Part shown: positions 28,955 through 39,177 of the stretch, one piece after another
How positions within the stretch are numbered: position 1 is the stretch's first letter
Layout: every line of letters begins with the position of its first letter
Assembly: GCA_900767385.1 (NCBI GenBank)
Contig: CAAFYY010000011.1
Coordinates: forward strand, 1,358 to 65,357
From: Bacteroidales bacterium
GTDB lineage: Bacteria; Bacteroidota; Bacteroidia; Bacteroidales; Paludibacteraceae
Reading direction: 5' to 3'
Length of the DNA: 64,000 bases
Notes under the pieces: generated by a model
The model's database searches: none
What the model saw: only the letters and a program-made list of their open reading frames with translations
What the model was told of the DNA's origin: nothing
Translations under genes and position numbers: made by a program

Positions 28955-29216
28955 CCACAAAGAGAGAAACAGCCGCAACCCTTGGAAACACCCCATCTCA
29001 AGCCGTTTTTACACCAACCGACAACAACGAACACCCACCATCAGAAAGGCAATCACTAAACCTATGAAAATAAACCTATTCGCAAAACACAGAAAGCATA
29101 CAGCGCTATATATCACCGCTTTACAGAACAAGGAAAACTAAACAGCTGAGTGACAACGAATGTAAAAATGTGGAAAACTTTCCCAAGAAACTCTACTTTT
29201 TTCAGTTGATATTTCT

Positions 29217-29224
29217 TACCTTTG
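29217..29224 (+). promoter_or_regulatory. Bacteroidota -7 promoter box (TAnnTTTG) for nrdD
   Basis: TACCTTTG lies 36 nt upstream of ATG 29260. Confidence 0.5.
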
Positions 29225-29259
29225 CAACTCGCAACAATAGCAACTTAATCCCTCTAAAT

Positions 29260-31470
29260 ATGATACAGACAGTAGTAAAACGCGACGGACGCATCGTCGG
29301 ATTCAACGACCAGAAAATCGTTGCCGCCATCAGAAAGGCAATGATGCACACCGAAGAAGGTGAAGACATGGCCCTGATCCAACAGATTGCCGACCACATC
29401 AGCGAACGCGGTAAAGCACAAATGACGGTGGAAGAGATCCAAGACGCCGTCGAAATGGAACTCATGAAGAGTAAACGTAAGGACGTAGCCAAAGTATACA
29501 TCTCTTACCGCAACGCTCGCTCAGTAGCCCGCAAGGCAAAGACACGCGCCATGTTCTTGGAAATCATCAACGTGAAATCCAACGACATCACACGCGAAAA
29601 TGCCAACATGAACGCCGACACCCCTGCCGGCATGATGATGAAATTCTCAAGCGAGAGCACCAAACCTTTCGTTGACGACTATCTCCTGAGCGAACCAGTC
29701 AAAGAAGCCGTCAAAAACGGCTATCTCCATATCCACGACAAGGACTACTATCCAACCAAGAGCTTGACCTGCGTTCAACACCCTCTCGACAATATCCTGA
29801 CCAACGGCATGTCTGCCGGTCATGGCGAGAGCCGTCCTGCAAAACGTATCGAGACAGCAAGCATGCTTGCCTGCATCAGCCTTGAGACCGCACAGAACGA
29901 GATGCACGGCGGACAAGCCATCCCAGCGTTCGACTACTATCTCGCTCCTTTCGTCCGCAAATCTTTCATCGAAGAAGTCAAACGGATGGAAGAGGTGATG
30001 GACGTTGACCTCGAACACCTCTACAACACCCCTATCGACGACTATGTCATCAAACCACTCGACGACATGGACGGAGAGGTGCGCATCCTCCAACACTGCA
30101 TCAACAAGACAGTAAGCCGTGTTCACCAAGCCATGGAGGCCTTCATCCACAACATGAACACCATCCACTCACGTGGTGGCAACCAGGTTGTATTCTCAAG
30201 CATCAACTACGGCACTGACACATCAGCTGAGGGACGTTGTATCATCCGCGAAATCTTGAAATGCACCTACGAAGGTGTCGGCAACGGCGAGACAGCCATC
30301 TTCCCAATCCAAATCTGGAAGAAAAAACGGGGCTTGAACTATCTGCCGGAAGACCGCAACTACGACCTCTACAGCCTCGCCTGCAAGGTGACCGCACGCC
30401 GCTTCTTCCCTAACTTCATCAACCTCGACGCCACCTACAACCAAAACGAACTGTGGCGCGAAGACGACCCAAAACGCTATATGTGGGAGACCGCTACCAT
30501 GGGATGCCGCACACGCGTTTTCGAGAACCGCTTCGGACCTAAGACCAGTATCGGACGCGGCAACCTCTCATTCTCTACCATCAACATCGTGGCACTCGCC
30601 ATCGAATGCATGAACATCGAGGATAAGAACGAGCGCATCAACTCCTTCTTCGCACGTCTTGACGAACTGCTCGAGATTACCGCACGTCAGCTCGACGAAC
30701 GATTCAACTTCCAACGCACCGCATTGGTCAAACAGTTCCCATATGTGATGAAGTCGCTCTGGATCGACTCCGAGAAACTCGACCCACAAGGCACCATCGA
30801 ACCAGTCATCAACCAAGGCACACTCGGCATCGGCTTCATCGGCTTGGCAGAGTGTCTCGTGGCACTCGTCGGCAAACACCACGGTGAGAGCAAAGAGGCT
30901 CAAGAGCTCGGTTTGAAGATCGTGACCTATATGCGCGACCGCGCCAACGAGTTCTCAACACGCTACCAACACAACTATAGTATCCTCGCCACACCAGCAG
31001 AGGGTCTCTCCGGCCGCTTCACACGCATCGACAAGAAGCGCTACGGCGTCATCCCTGGCGTTACCGACCGCGAATACTACACCAACTCCAACCACGTGCC
31101 TGTATACTACCACTGCTCTGCACTCCACAAAGCACAAATCGAGGCTCCTTACCACGACCTCACACGCGGCGGCCATATCTTCTACGTGGAAATCGACGGC
31201 GACGCAACACACAACCCAGAGGCTATCATGAGCGTTGTCGATATGATGGATAAATACAACATGGGTTACGGCAGCGTCAACCACACCCGCAACCGCTGCA
31301 TGGACTGCGGCTACGAGAGCGCTCACGCCATCGACACCTGCCCAAAATGCAACAGCAGCAACATCGACCGTCTGCAACGCATCACCGGCTACCTCGTTGG
31401 TACTACCGACCGCTGGAACCGCGCCAAGCTTGCCGAATTGAACGACCGCGTCATCCATAACAAGGAGTAA
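29260..31470 (+). CDS. nrdD: anaerobic ribonucleoside-triphosphate reductase (class III)
   Basis: ATP-cone N-terminus (MIQTVVKRDGRIVGFNDQKI), C-terminal Zn ribbon CMDCGY...CPKC and glycyl-radical motif RITGYLVG. The start is at internal ATG 29260, after the promoter box. Confidence 0.95.
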   Translation: MIQTVVKRDGRIVGFNDQKIVAAIRKAMMHTEEGEDMALIQQIADHISERGKAQMTVEEIQDAVEMELMKSKRKDVAKVYISYRNARSVARKAKTRAMFLEIINVKSNDITRENANMNADTPAGMMMKFSSESTKPFVDDYLLSEPVKEAVKNGYLHIHDKDYYPTKSLTCVQHPLDNILTNGMSAGHGESRPAKRIETASMLACISLETAQNEMHGGQAIPAFDYYLAPFVRKSFIEEVKRMEEVMDVDLEHLYNTPIDDYVIKPLDDMDGEVRILQHCINKTVSRVHQAMEAFIHNMNTIHSRGGNQVVFSSINYGTDTSAEGRCIIREILKCTYEGVGNGETAIFPIQIWKKKRGLNYLPEDRNYDLYSLACKVTARRFFPNFINLDATYNQNELWREDDPKRYMWETATMGCRTRVFENRFGPKTSIGRGNLSFSTINIVALAIECMNIEDKNERINSFFARLDELLEITARQLDERFNFQRTALVKQFPYVMKSLWIDSEKLDPQGTIEPVINQGTLGIGFIGLAECLVALVGKHHGESKEAQELGLKIVTYMRDRANEFSTRYQHNYSILATPAEGLSGRFTRIDKKRYGVIPGVTDREYYTNSNHVPVYYHCSALHKAQIEAPYHDLTRGGHIFYVEIDGDATHNPEAIMSVVDMMDKYNMGYGSVNHTRNRCMDCGYESAHAIDTCPKCNSSNIDRLQRITGYLVGTTDRWNRAKLAELNDRVIHNKE

Positions 31471-31473
31471 GCA

Positions 31474-31953
31474 ATGACTCTACGCCTCATCGATATCATA
31501 CACGACACCACCGTTGACGGCCCCGGATTCCGCACCTCTATCTATGCAGCAGGATGCAAACACGCCTGCGAGGGATGCCACAACCCACAGTCGTGGGCCT
31601 TCGACGCCGGTCGCGACTATACGCTGGATGAGGTGATGAACGAGATCACTGCCGACCCCTTTGCCCACGTCACCTTCTCCGGTGGCGACCCCTTCTACCA
31701 GCAGGAGGCCTTCGCCGAACTGGCCAAACGCATCCGCAAGGAGACCAACAAGACGATATGGTGCTACACCGGATTTCATTTCGAGGAACTCACCGCTTCG
31801 CCACTGCTCCCGCTGATAGATGTGCTGGTGGATGGCCCTTTCATACTCAGCCTTCGCGACACCGACCTCCTGTTCAAAGGAAGCAGCAACCAGCGAATCG
31901 TGGATGTGAAAGCCTCTCTGAAGGCGGGCGAAGTCGTTGAGTGGCAACGATAA
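31474..31953 (+). CDS. nrdG: anaerobic ribonucleotide reductase activating protein (radical SAM)
   Basis: Radical SAM cluster motif CKHACEGC (CX3CX2C). 159 aa, immediately downstream of nrdD. Confidence 0.9.
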   Translation: MTLRLIDIIHDTTVDGPGFRTSIYAAGCKHACEGCHNPQSWAFDAGRDYTLDEVMNEITADPFAHVTFSGGDPFYQQEAFAELAKRIRKETNKTIWCYTGFHFEELTASPLLPLIDVLVDGPFILSLRDTDLLFKGSSNQRIVDVKASLKAGEVVEWQR

Positions 31954-31983
31954 GACCGTATCTCACACTTCTATACAACAAGA

Positions 31984-32017
31984 AAGGCTGCAGAAACAAA
32001 ACCCTGCAGCCTTTTAT
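31984..32017 (+). terminator. rho-independent terminator after nrdG
   Basis: Perfect stem AAGGCTGCAG / CTGCAGCCTT followed by TTATT. Confidence 0.7.
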
Positions 32018-32073
32018 TGTCAAGAAAAGTGTACCTTTGTGGTCTCAAAATCGGAAAAGACAAGATATCAGAC

Positions 32074-32988
32074 ATGCAACAGCAAGTTGATTTCAAAGAC
32101 ATACTGAAGAATCAGCTCAAGCAAAAGCTGAAAAGCGACGGACTGCTGAAGATCATCTCAGCCAATATCGCCGTTTACCTTGTTGTGAATCTGGTGGTCG
32201 GCGTGCTGCGACTCTTCAACATCACGCCGGATGCGGTGAGACCCTTCGTCGCCATCCCAGCCAGTCTACCGGTCCTGATGCGCCACCCTTGGACCGTGGT
32301 CTCCTATATGTGGATGCATTCCGGATTCGTACACCTCATCACCAATATGCTTTGCCTCTATTGGTTCGGCAAGATACTGTTGCAGACCTACAGCGTCAGG
32401 CGACTGCTGTGCCTCTATCTCTTCGGAGGTCTCGTCGGGGCAGTTTTCTATGTGGCAGCCTACAATATCTTCCCCTACTTTGCCGGCGACCTCCCGACAT
32501 CGGTGCTGATGGGCGCCTCAGGAGCCATCGTGGCCATCATGGTGGCAGCCGCCATCGAACAGCAGAAACAAAGGGTACGACTCCTCTTTCTCGGCGATGT
32601 GCCACTCATCTATCTGGTGGCAGGCATCATACTCATCAGCATGCTGAGCATCTCCGGCAAGAACGCCGGAGGCGAGTTCTGCCATATCGGCGGCGCCGTA
32701 GCCGGTCTGCTCTACGCCCTCTCCTACAAATACGGATTCGACTTCCTCAAACCGTTTGCCCGAGAGCGGAAACCCAGAGAGAAACGGCAGAAAAAAGAGG
32801 AGGAGACACAGCAACAGACCAAGTATCACTATGCGAAAAGCACCCTCGACACCGAGGAGGCTGAAGAGGTCGACGCCGTTACGGAAGAGTACGACATCGA
32901 CGAGATTCTGGCGAAACTGCGACGCTCCGGTCCCGCCAGTCTGACCGATAAGGAAAAAGAGATTGTTTACTCCGCCAGAAGAAAGTGA
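32074..32988 (+). CDS. rhomboid family intramembrane serine protease with charged C-terminal tail
   Basis: Multi-TM core with catalytic GASGAI and a later HIGGAVAG. The TACCTTTG box at 32032-32039 argues for ATG 32074 rather than the ORF-track start 32017. Confidence 0.8.
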   Translation: MQQQVDFKDILKNQLKQKLKSDGLLKIISANIAVYLVVNLVVGVLRLFNITPDAVRPFVAIPASLPVLMRHPWTVVSYMWMHSGFVHLITNMLCLYWFGKILLQTYSVRRLLCLYLFGGLVGAVFYVAAYNIFPYFAGDLPTSVLMGASGAIVAIMVAAAIEQQKQRVRLLFLGDVPLIYLVAGIILISMLSISGKNAGGEFCHIGGAVAGLLYALSYKYGFDFLKPFARERKPREKRQKKEEETQQQTKYHYAKSTLDTEEAEEVDAVTEEYDIDEILAKLRRSGPASLTDKEKEIVYSARRK

Positions 32989-34094
32989 TGAAAAAATTTG
33001 CCAAGAAGACAGTCTCGACCATCCACTACCTCACCCACAACACGCTGGTTCTCATCAACGCCCTGCTCTCGCTTTGCATGGTGCTGGGATGCCTCTCCAC
33101 GGTCGTGCCCGCTGGTCACCTCTGTATTCTCCCCTATTTCGGACTCTTCTTCCCATTCTGGCTGGGCGGCACGATGGCGTTCCTGTGCTACTGGGCACTG
33201 AGGCGCAAACGGGTGATTCTGCTCCCGCTGCTGACTATCCTGCTCTGCTTCGGCAACGTGCGCAACACTTTCTCACTCCCCCTCTTCAGCCGAGAGAAAG
33301 CCAACGACAGCAATGTCAGCATCATGACTATGAACACCTTCGGACTCCGCTCAAGACAGCAGATGAACAAGGTGCGCGAGTTGGTCTTTGAGCAGGAAGC
33401 CGACATTGTCTGCCTCCAAGAGTTCGGCGGCGAAAGCGACAGCCGAAAACTCAACCGACTGATTGAAGACTACGAAGAGAAGTATCCCTACCACCACATC
33501 TGGTACAAGACACAAGGGAAGAATTTCTGGATGGGCAATGCGGTGTTCTCCAAATACCCTATCGTCAACAAAGCACCAATCGACTACGAATCGCGCTACA
33601 ACATATCCATCTACAGCGATATCGCTATCGGCAACGACACGATACGACTCATCAACAACCACCTCGAATCGTTCAAGTTCACCCCACGCGAGATAGCACA
33701 GTTCAAGGATGCCATCGGCAACCAAAGCGAGGAGCTGAAGAGTTCAACCATCATGCTGTGGAAAAAGATGAACGATGCCTATCGTCTGCGCGGTCCGCAA
33801 GCCGACAGCGTGGCTGCCGTGGTGACGTCGTCGCCTTATCCTGTGGTGCTCTGCGGCGACTTCAACGACGTGCCACAATCGTATGCCTATCATCGTCTGA
33901 AAGGGAAGAAACTGATGGATCTTGGCAACAAGGCAGGATGGGGCTACCGCCATACCTACTATCGCCACTATATGTTGGTCAACATCGACCACATACTCAT
34001 CGACAAACATTTCCTGCCAACGAGCTATAAGGTGCTCCACACCGAACTTTCCGACCACTACCCTGTCGTCGGCTCGTTCAATCTGCGAAAGTAG
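32988..34094 (+). CDS. endonuclease/exonuclease/phosphatase (EEP) family membrane protein
   Basis: N-terminal TM segments followed by an EEP fold with LQEF..., GDFND and SDHYPV motifs. ATG 32988 overlaps the rhomboid stop (TGATG). Confidence 0.75.
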   Translation: MKKFAKKTVSTIHYLTHNTLVLINALLSLCMVLGCLSTVVPAGHLCILPYFGLFFPFWLGGTMAFLCYWALRRKRVILLPLLTILLCFGNVRNTFSLPLFSREKANDSNVSIMTMNTFGLRSRQQMNKVRELVFEQEADIVCLQEFGGESDSRKLNRLIEDYEEKYPYHHIWYKTQGKNFWMGNAVFSKYPIVNKAPIDYESRYNISIYSDIAIGNDTIRLINNHLESFKFTPREIAQFKDAIGNQSEELKSSTIMLWKKMNDAYRLRGPQADSVAAVVTSSPYPVVLCGDFNDVPQSYAYHRLKGKKLMDLGNKAGWGYRHTYYRHYMLVNIDHILIDKHFLPTSYKVLHTELSDHYPVVGSFNLRK

Positions 34095-34189
34095 ATTCTG
34101 CGGCGATTATCCGCCATTTTTTCACCTGTTTATCTTGAGAGTTTCCGCCAGACTGGAACAAGCTGAGAAGAGCGTTGTCCAGCGGGTAT

Positions 34190-34224
34190 AAAAGAAAAAA
34201 GCCGTCCCTATTGGAACGGCTTTC
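34190..34224 (-). terminator. terminator hairpin downstream of tRNA-fMet (possibly bidirectional, also after the EEP gene)
   Basis: The minus strand reads GCCGTTCC-AATA-GGGACGGC followed by TTTTTTCTTTT. Confidence 0.6.
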
Positions 34225-34228
34225 TGTG

Positions 34229-34301
<73 letters not shown>

Positions 34302-34314
34302 ATGTTTCGTGGTG

Positions 34315-34322
34315 CAAAAGTA
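34315..34322 (-). promoter_or_regulatory. Bacteroidota -7 promoter box for the tRNA
   Basis: The minus strand reads TACTTTTG, ~13 nt upstream of the tRNA 5' end. Confidence 0.5.
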
Positions 34323-34501
34323 GTAAATTTTTCCATACAAAAGCCATTGTGGAAGAAAAATTTTATCCGTCGTGGTAAACAGCTTTGTCTCAAAGGTTTG
34401 CAAACAGACTATCAGGAAGAAAAAAGTGCCACTCCACTGAAAAGTCAGAGGAGGGGCACTTCTATTTCGCCATTTTTCCGCCAAAAGACGGGGAAAAATG
34501 C

Positions 34502-35803
34502 TTATTTCAAACGGAGGAAACCGATACCGAAACGCTCTACAGCGGCACGTTCCAAATCCTCACGTACGCTTGGGTCGGCGATACGTATGAGTTCGCGGGC
34601 ACGTTCTGCCAATGGTTTGCCTTTCAAGAAGGCGATACCGTGTTCGGTAACGATGTATTGTGCTTGGAAGCGGGTGGTGACAACACCGGCGCCTGGGGCC
34701 AAGCGGGAGACGATCTTACTCTGTCCCTTGTTGGTGAGAGATGGGAGGGCGATGAAACACTTACCGCCTTCACTCAAGCTGGCGCCGTACATGAAGTCGT
34801 GCTGACCGCCAACACCGGAGATGATGGTCTCACCGATAGAGTCGGCACAAATCTGACCAGTGAGGTCTACCTCAATAGCAGAGTTGATGGCCATGGCCTT
34901 AGGGTTCTGACGGATGATGAATGGGTCGTTGGTCCAAGCCACGTCGCGGATAACGAAGTTTGGATTGCCGTCCATATAGTCGTAGAGGTTGCGCGAACCG
35001 AGCACAAGGCTACCTACACTCTTGCCAGGAAGGATTTTCTTCATGGAGTTGTCGATGATGCCTTTCTCAATCAATGGCAATACGCCGTCGGTGATGGCTT
35101 CAGTGTGCAAGCCGAGGTGTTGGTGGTCTTTCAACGCGTTGATGACAGCGTTAGGGATACCACCTACGCCGATTTGGAGGGTAGCTCCGTCAGGAATCTC
35201 GTTGGCGATATAGTTGCCGATGCGAGTCTCCAACTCAGATGGGGTTGGGGTTGGCACCTCTACCAATGGTTGGTCGACGCGGCACATGGCAGCAATCTTG
35301 GAGACGTGGATTACAGGGTCGCCGAAGGTGCGTGGCATATATTTGTTGACCTGAGCAATCACGGTCTTTGAGCACTCTGCAGCAGCAAAAGCGATGTCGG
35401 CAGAGATACCGAATGAGCAGTAACCGTTCTCATCTGGTTCGCTGACATTGAGGAAGGTGACGTCAACAGGTACGGTGCCGCTACGGAACAGACCTGGAAC
35501 CTCACCCAAGAAGCAAGGGATGGTGTCGGCAACACCTTCTTTCATGGCTCTGCGCAAGCAGTTAGGAACGAAGATGTTGAGCGCACGGAAAGAGTCAACC
35601 AACTCACGTTTTGCATAAGGAGCGTCCTCTTTGCTGATGCCGAAGCCAGAGATGATTTTGACGTCTCTGAGTTCTGGGGCACGCGCTGTGAGGGCATTGA
35701 GCAAACCCTCAGGGATGGAGGTACTACCTTGAACAACGATAGTGTCGCCTGATTTGACGAGTTTCACCGCCTCTTCAGGCGTTACAAAATGATAATCGGC
35801 CAT
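34502..35803 (-). CDS. acetyl-CoA hydrolase/transferase family protein (4-hydroxybutyrate / butyryl-CoA:acetate CoA-transferase-like)
   Basis: 433 aa with ...LQIGVGGIPNAV..., AINSAIEVDLTGQ and SGVGGQHDF blocks typical of family I CoA-transferases of the Cat/AbfT type. Confidence 0.8.
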   Translation of the reverse strand: MADYHFVTPEEAVKLVKSGDTIVVQGSTSIPEGLLNALTARAPELRDVKIISGFGISKEDAPYAKRELVDSFRALNIFVPNCLRRAMKEGVADTIPCFLGEVPGLFRSGTVPVDVTFLNVSEPDENGYCSFGISADIAFAAAECSKTVIAQVNKYMPRTFGDPVIHVSKIAAMCRVDQPLVEVPTPTPSELETRIGNYIANEIPDGATLQIGVGGIPNAVINALKDHQHLGLHTEAITDGVLPLIEKGIIDNSMKKILPGKSVGSLVLGSRNLYDYMDGNPNFVIRDVAWTNDPFIIRQNPKAMAINSAIEVDLTGQICADSIGETIISGVGGQHDFMYGASLSEGGKCFIALPSLTNKGQSKIVSRLAPGAGVVTTRFQAQYIVTEHGIAFLKGKPLAERARELIRIADPSVREDLERAAVERFGIGFLRLK

Positions 35804-35817
35804 AATTCTTTTCTCTA

Positions 35818-37161
35818 TTAAGCTTCGTGTTTGTAATCTTTATAATCTGCATTGAACTGACGGAGACGCTCTTCCAATGCTTCGTATTGGTCTTCGCGGA
35901 TAGCGCTTGAGCAACCGCGCATACCTTCTCTCTTAGCGCCTGTGCTGCCGAGGGTGATGGCAGAGACACCGTAGTAGATGAGTTTGTTGAGCAACTGCTC
36001 ACCGGTCCAGTCTTTGTAGCCGAAGGTGAAGAAGAAGCCGTCGCTGACGTCTTGACCGTTGGTGTCTTTGTCGTAGACGATATGGAAACCGTTGCGGAGC
36101 ATGATTTCCTTGATGCGGTTGGCGCGGCGGGCATATTCCAAACCGTTTTCCACATATTTCAAATCGCCTTTGCAAGCGGCCTCGAAGAGGGCAGCGATGG
36201 CGTATTGGATAGAGTGTGGAGTTCCGCTTGAGAGGACGTAGAGTGCCTGATAGATCAAGGTACGCATGAACTGACCGTCGTTGCCGTAGCGCTCTGCCAA
36301 AGCAGGGAACTGACGTTTTGCCAACTCAGGGTCGACAGCGATGACAGCGGCACGCTCACCAGCATAGCTGAAGATCTTGGAGCAGCTGACCATGTGGACG
36401 CAGTTGTGGGTGTAGTGACCTACGCTTGGCTGATATGGAGCCTGGTAAGGACGGCCACGCTCTGGGTCGCGAACATCCATGTTGAGGTATGCGGAGTCTT
36501 CTATGACAACAACGTCGTATTTAGTTGCCAACTCGCCGACAACCTTGAGCTCTTCGTCGCTCAAGCACATCCAGCTTGGGTTGTTAGGGTTGCTGAAGAG
36601 GATAGCACCAATCTTGCCTGACTTGAGTTTTGCTTCGAGAGCATCGTGGAGTTTCTCGCCACGGAAGTCGCCAAACTCAAAGGTATCAACAGGGATGCCG
36701 ATGACCTTGCACTGCTGTTTTTGAACTGGGAAGCAAGGGTCGAAGAAGAGGATGGTGTTGCGCTCTGGACGGAGCTGACTGATGAGGAGGTCGAGGGCGA
36801 AGCAGCCTTGCATAGAGCCTACACATGGAGCGATGCAGTCTTCAGGAATGTCGAGATTGAAGAATGCCTTCATGAACTCAGAAGCCCAGTGACGGAGAGG
36901 ATCGATACCAACAATGATAGGATATTTGTTGGCAACGCCTTCTTTCAAGGCTTTGATTTGAGCCTCAACACCCACACGTTCTGCTGGCAAACCAGGGTTG
37001 CCCAACTCCATGTGGATGAACTCACAGTTCATCTTATTTTCGATTTCCTTAATCACACCAACCATCTGACGGATGGAGGCTTGTCCCAACTGACGGGCAG
37101 TGGTTAGACCGAAGTCTTTGCAGAGTTGGTCAACCACCTGTTTATCCAATGGAAAATTCAT
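35818..37161 (-). CDS. PLP-dependent aminotransferase, class I/II fold
   Basis: 447 aa with NPNNPS and a PLP-lysine block SCSKIFSYAGER. Substrate cannot be determined from sequence alone. Confidence 0.75.
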   Translation of the reverse strand: MNFPLDKQVVDQLCKDFGLTTARQLGQASIRQMVGVIKEIENKMNCEFIHMELGNPGLPAERVGVEAQIKALKEGVANKYPIIVGIDPLRHWASEFMKAFFNLDIPEDCIAPCVGSMQGCFALDLLISQLRPERNTILFFDPCFPVQKQQCKVIGIPVDTFEFGDFRGEKLHDALEAKLKSGKIGAILFSNPNNPSWMCLSDEELKVVGELATKYDVVVIEDSAYLNMDVRDPERGRPYQAPYQPSVGHYTHNCVHMVSCSKIFSYAGERAAVIAVDPELAKRQFPALAERYGNDGQFMRTLIYQALYVLSSGTPHSIQYAIAALFEAACKGDLKYVENGLEYARRANRIKEIMLRNGFHIVYDKDTNGQDVSDGFFFTFGYKDWTGEQLLNKLIYYGVSAITLGSTGAKREGMRGCSSAIREDQYEALEERLRQFNADYKDYKHEA

Positions 37162-37321
37162 ATATATGAGGTTTTTATTTTTTTACAAAAGGGTTGCAAA
37201 TTCGTGCACGAAAGTAGCAAACATTTTTGGCATACGGAAATTTTTGGACCACAAAAATCGCAAAAAGTGTTTTCCGAGTCTGCCAAGGGGTGTTTGATGG
37301 TTCTTTCTGCCAGACGGCTCA

Positions 37322-38296
37322 TTAGATTGAGAGCACTTGAACGATGCGGAATTTATCGTCTTTGAGCGGTTTATCGTCTTTGATGGCTTTGGAGAAGGGG
37401 ACGTGTACGATTTCGTCGTTCTGCACACCGACCATGACGTTGCGTTGGTCGTCGAGCAGTGCCTCCACGGCAGCCACACCCAATCGGCTGGCAAGGATGC
37501 GGTCGTAGGCTGACGGCGAACCGCCACGCTGCATGTAACCAAGGATGGAGACGCGGACGTCGTAGTCGGGATCGAGCTGATGGATGCGGTCGGCAAGTCC
37601 CTGTGCACCACACTCTCCCTCAGCCACGATGACGATGGAGCTGTTTTTGGTCTTGCGGAATCCGTTGTGAATCAACTCGTCGAGCTGTGCCTCTGTGGTC
37701 TTGATTTCAGGAACGATGGCAGCCTCAGCACCGGCAGCCAACGCACTGTTCAAGGCGAGGAATCCAGCATCACGACCCATCACCTCGACAAAGAAGAGGC
37801 GTTCGTGTGACGAAGCAGTGTCCTTGATTTTGTCGACAGCGTCCATGATGGTGTTGAGGGCGGTGTCGTAGCCGATGGTGGAGTCGGTTCCGCAGACATC
37901 GTTGTCGATGGTGCCTGGGATGCCGACCACAGGGATGTCATACTCCTGGGCAAAGATGCGGGCACCGGTGAATGTGCCGTCGCCACCGATGACAACCAAA
38001 GCGTCGATGCCTTCCTTGCAGAGTGAGTCGTAGGCACGACGACGTCCTTCCGGGGTGGTGAATTCCTTGCAGCGGGCGGTCTTCAGGATGGTGCCACCTT
38101 TTTGAATGATGTTGCTGACATCAGAGGATTGGAATTCCTTGATATCGCCCTCTACCATGCCTTTGTAGCCACGGAAAATGGCTTTCACTTTTTTGCCATT
38201 GAAGATAGCCGCACGCGTCACGGCTCTTACGGCTGCGTTCATGCCTGGTGAGTCGCCACCAGAGGTCAAGACGCCGATACAGTTGATTTTGGACAT
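37322..38296 (-). CDS. pfkA: ATP-dependent 6-phosphofructokinase
   Basis: [38 protein letters not shown] and VEVMGR motifs. Internal ATG 38296 gives 324 aa. Confidence 0.9.
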   Translation of the reverse strand: MSKINCIGVLTSGGDSPGMNAAVRAVTRAAIFNGKKVKAIFRGYKGMVEGDIKEFQSSDVSNIIQKGGTILKTARCKEFTTPEGRRRAYDSLCKEGIDALVVIGGDGTFTGARIFAQEYDIPVVGIPGTIDNDVCGTDSTIGYDTALNTIMDAVDKIKDTASSHERLFFVEVMGRDAGFLALNSALAAGAEAAIVPEIKTTEAQLDELIHNGFRKTKNSSIVIVAEGECGAQGLADRIHQLDPDYDVRVSILGYMQRGGSPSAYDRILASRLGVAAVEALLDDQRNVMVGVQNDEIVHVPFSKAIKDDKPLKDDKFRIVQVLSI

Positions 38297-38307
38297 ATAC
38301 TTGTTGT

Positions 38308-39174
38308 TTATTTTATTTCGTTGAACTGGTGTTGAAGGAAATTGGCAACCTTTTCCATCTGCCATTTCGGCGTGGAGGTGGCTCCGCAGATGCCTACGGT
38401 GTCGGTAGGGGTAAACCACGAGAGGTCGATTTCTTCTACGGAAGAGAGGAAGTGGACGTTGCTATTGACCTTACAGCACTCCTCGTAGAGCATCTTGCCG
38501 TTGGAGCTCTTCACGTCGCCAACAAAGAGGATAATCCGATAGTGCATCGCAAAATCGCGGATGTTGGGAAGACGGTTGGCCACCTGACGGCAGATGGTGT
38601 CGAAAGAGTGGAAGGAGATGCCGGGTGCCAGCCTCTGCTCGATGATTTGGGTGATGCGCTGGAAGTGATCCAACGACTTGGTGGTCTGCGAGAAGAGGAT
38701 GACAGGACGGTGGTAGTCGATTTTGTCGAGGTCGGAGTCGTTGTCTACGACGATGGCTTCGTTGTTGGTCTGCCCAACGAGTCCAAGAACCTCGGCATGA
38801 CCATGTTTTCCGAAGATGACGATCTGTGATTCGGGGTGTTTGAGATAGGCCTCACGGATACGTTGCTGGAGCTTGAGCACCACCTGACAGGTGGCGTCGA
38901 TGATGGTGATGTGGTTGTTTGCTGCAGTGCGGTAGGTGGAAGGGGGTTCCCCATGGGCACGGAGAAGCACACGCTCATCGTGAAGTTGCTCAAACTGCGG
39001 CTTGTCGATGGTCTTCAGGCCTATCTGACTGAGACGCGCCACTTCGTGGGAGTTGTGGACGATGTCGCCCAGACAGAAGAGCGTCTTGCCCCCTGCCATC
39101 TCCTCTTCGGCCTTACGGATGGCCCTGACTACGCCGTTGCAGAATCCTGAGTTGCTGTCTATCTCAATGATCAT
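38308..39174 (-). CDS. ispH: 4-hydroxy-3-methylbut-2-enyl diphosphate reductase
   Basis: N-terminus [19 protein letters not shown], plus GDIVHN and a later ...SSNG... block. 288 aa IspH/LytB. Confidence 0.9.
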   Translation of the reverse strand: MIIEIDSNSGFCNGVVRAIRKAEEEMAGGKTLFCLGDIVHNSHEVARLSQIGLKTIDKPQFEQLHDERVLLRAHGEPPSTYRTAANNHITIIDATCQVVLKLQQRIREAYLKHPESQIVIFGKHGHAEVLGLVGQTNNEAIVVDNDSDLDKIDYHRPVILFSQTTKSLDHFQRITQIIEQRLAPGISFHSFDTICRQVANRLPNIRDFAMHYRIILFVGDVKSSNGKMLYEECCKVNSNVHFLSSVEEIDLSWFTPTDTVGICGATSTPKWQMEKVANFLQHQFNEIK

Positions 39175-39177
39175 GGT

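Noticed and set aside
29101-29120. AT-rich quasi-palindrome AGCGCTATATATCACCGCT upstream of nrdD, considered as an NrdR box.
   Set aside because: Only the central TATATA resembles the NrdR box consensus. The arms are not complementary, no second box lies at the usual ~31-bp spacing, and I cannot confirm that this lineage encodes NrdR.
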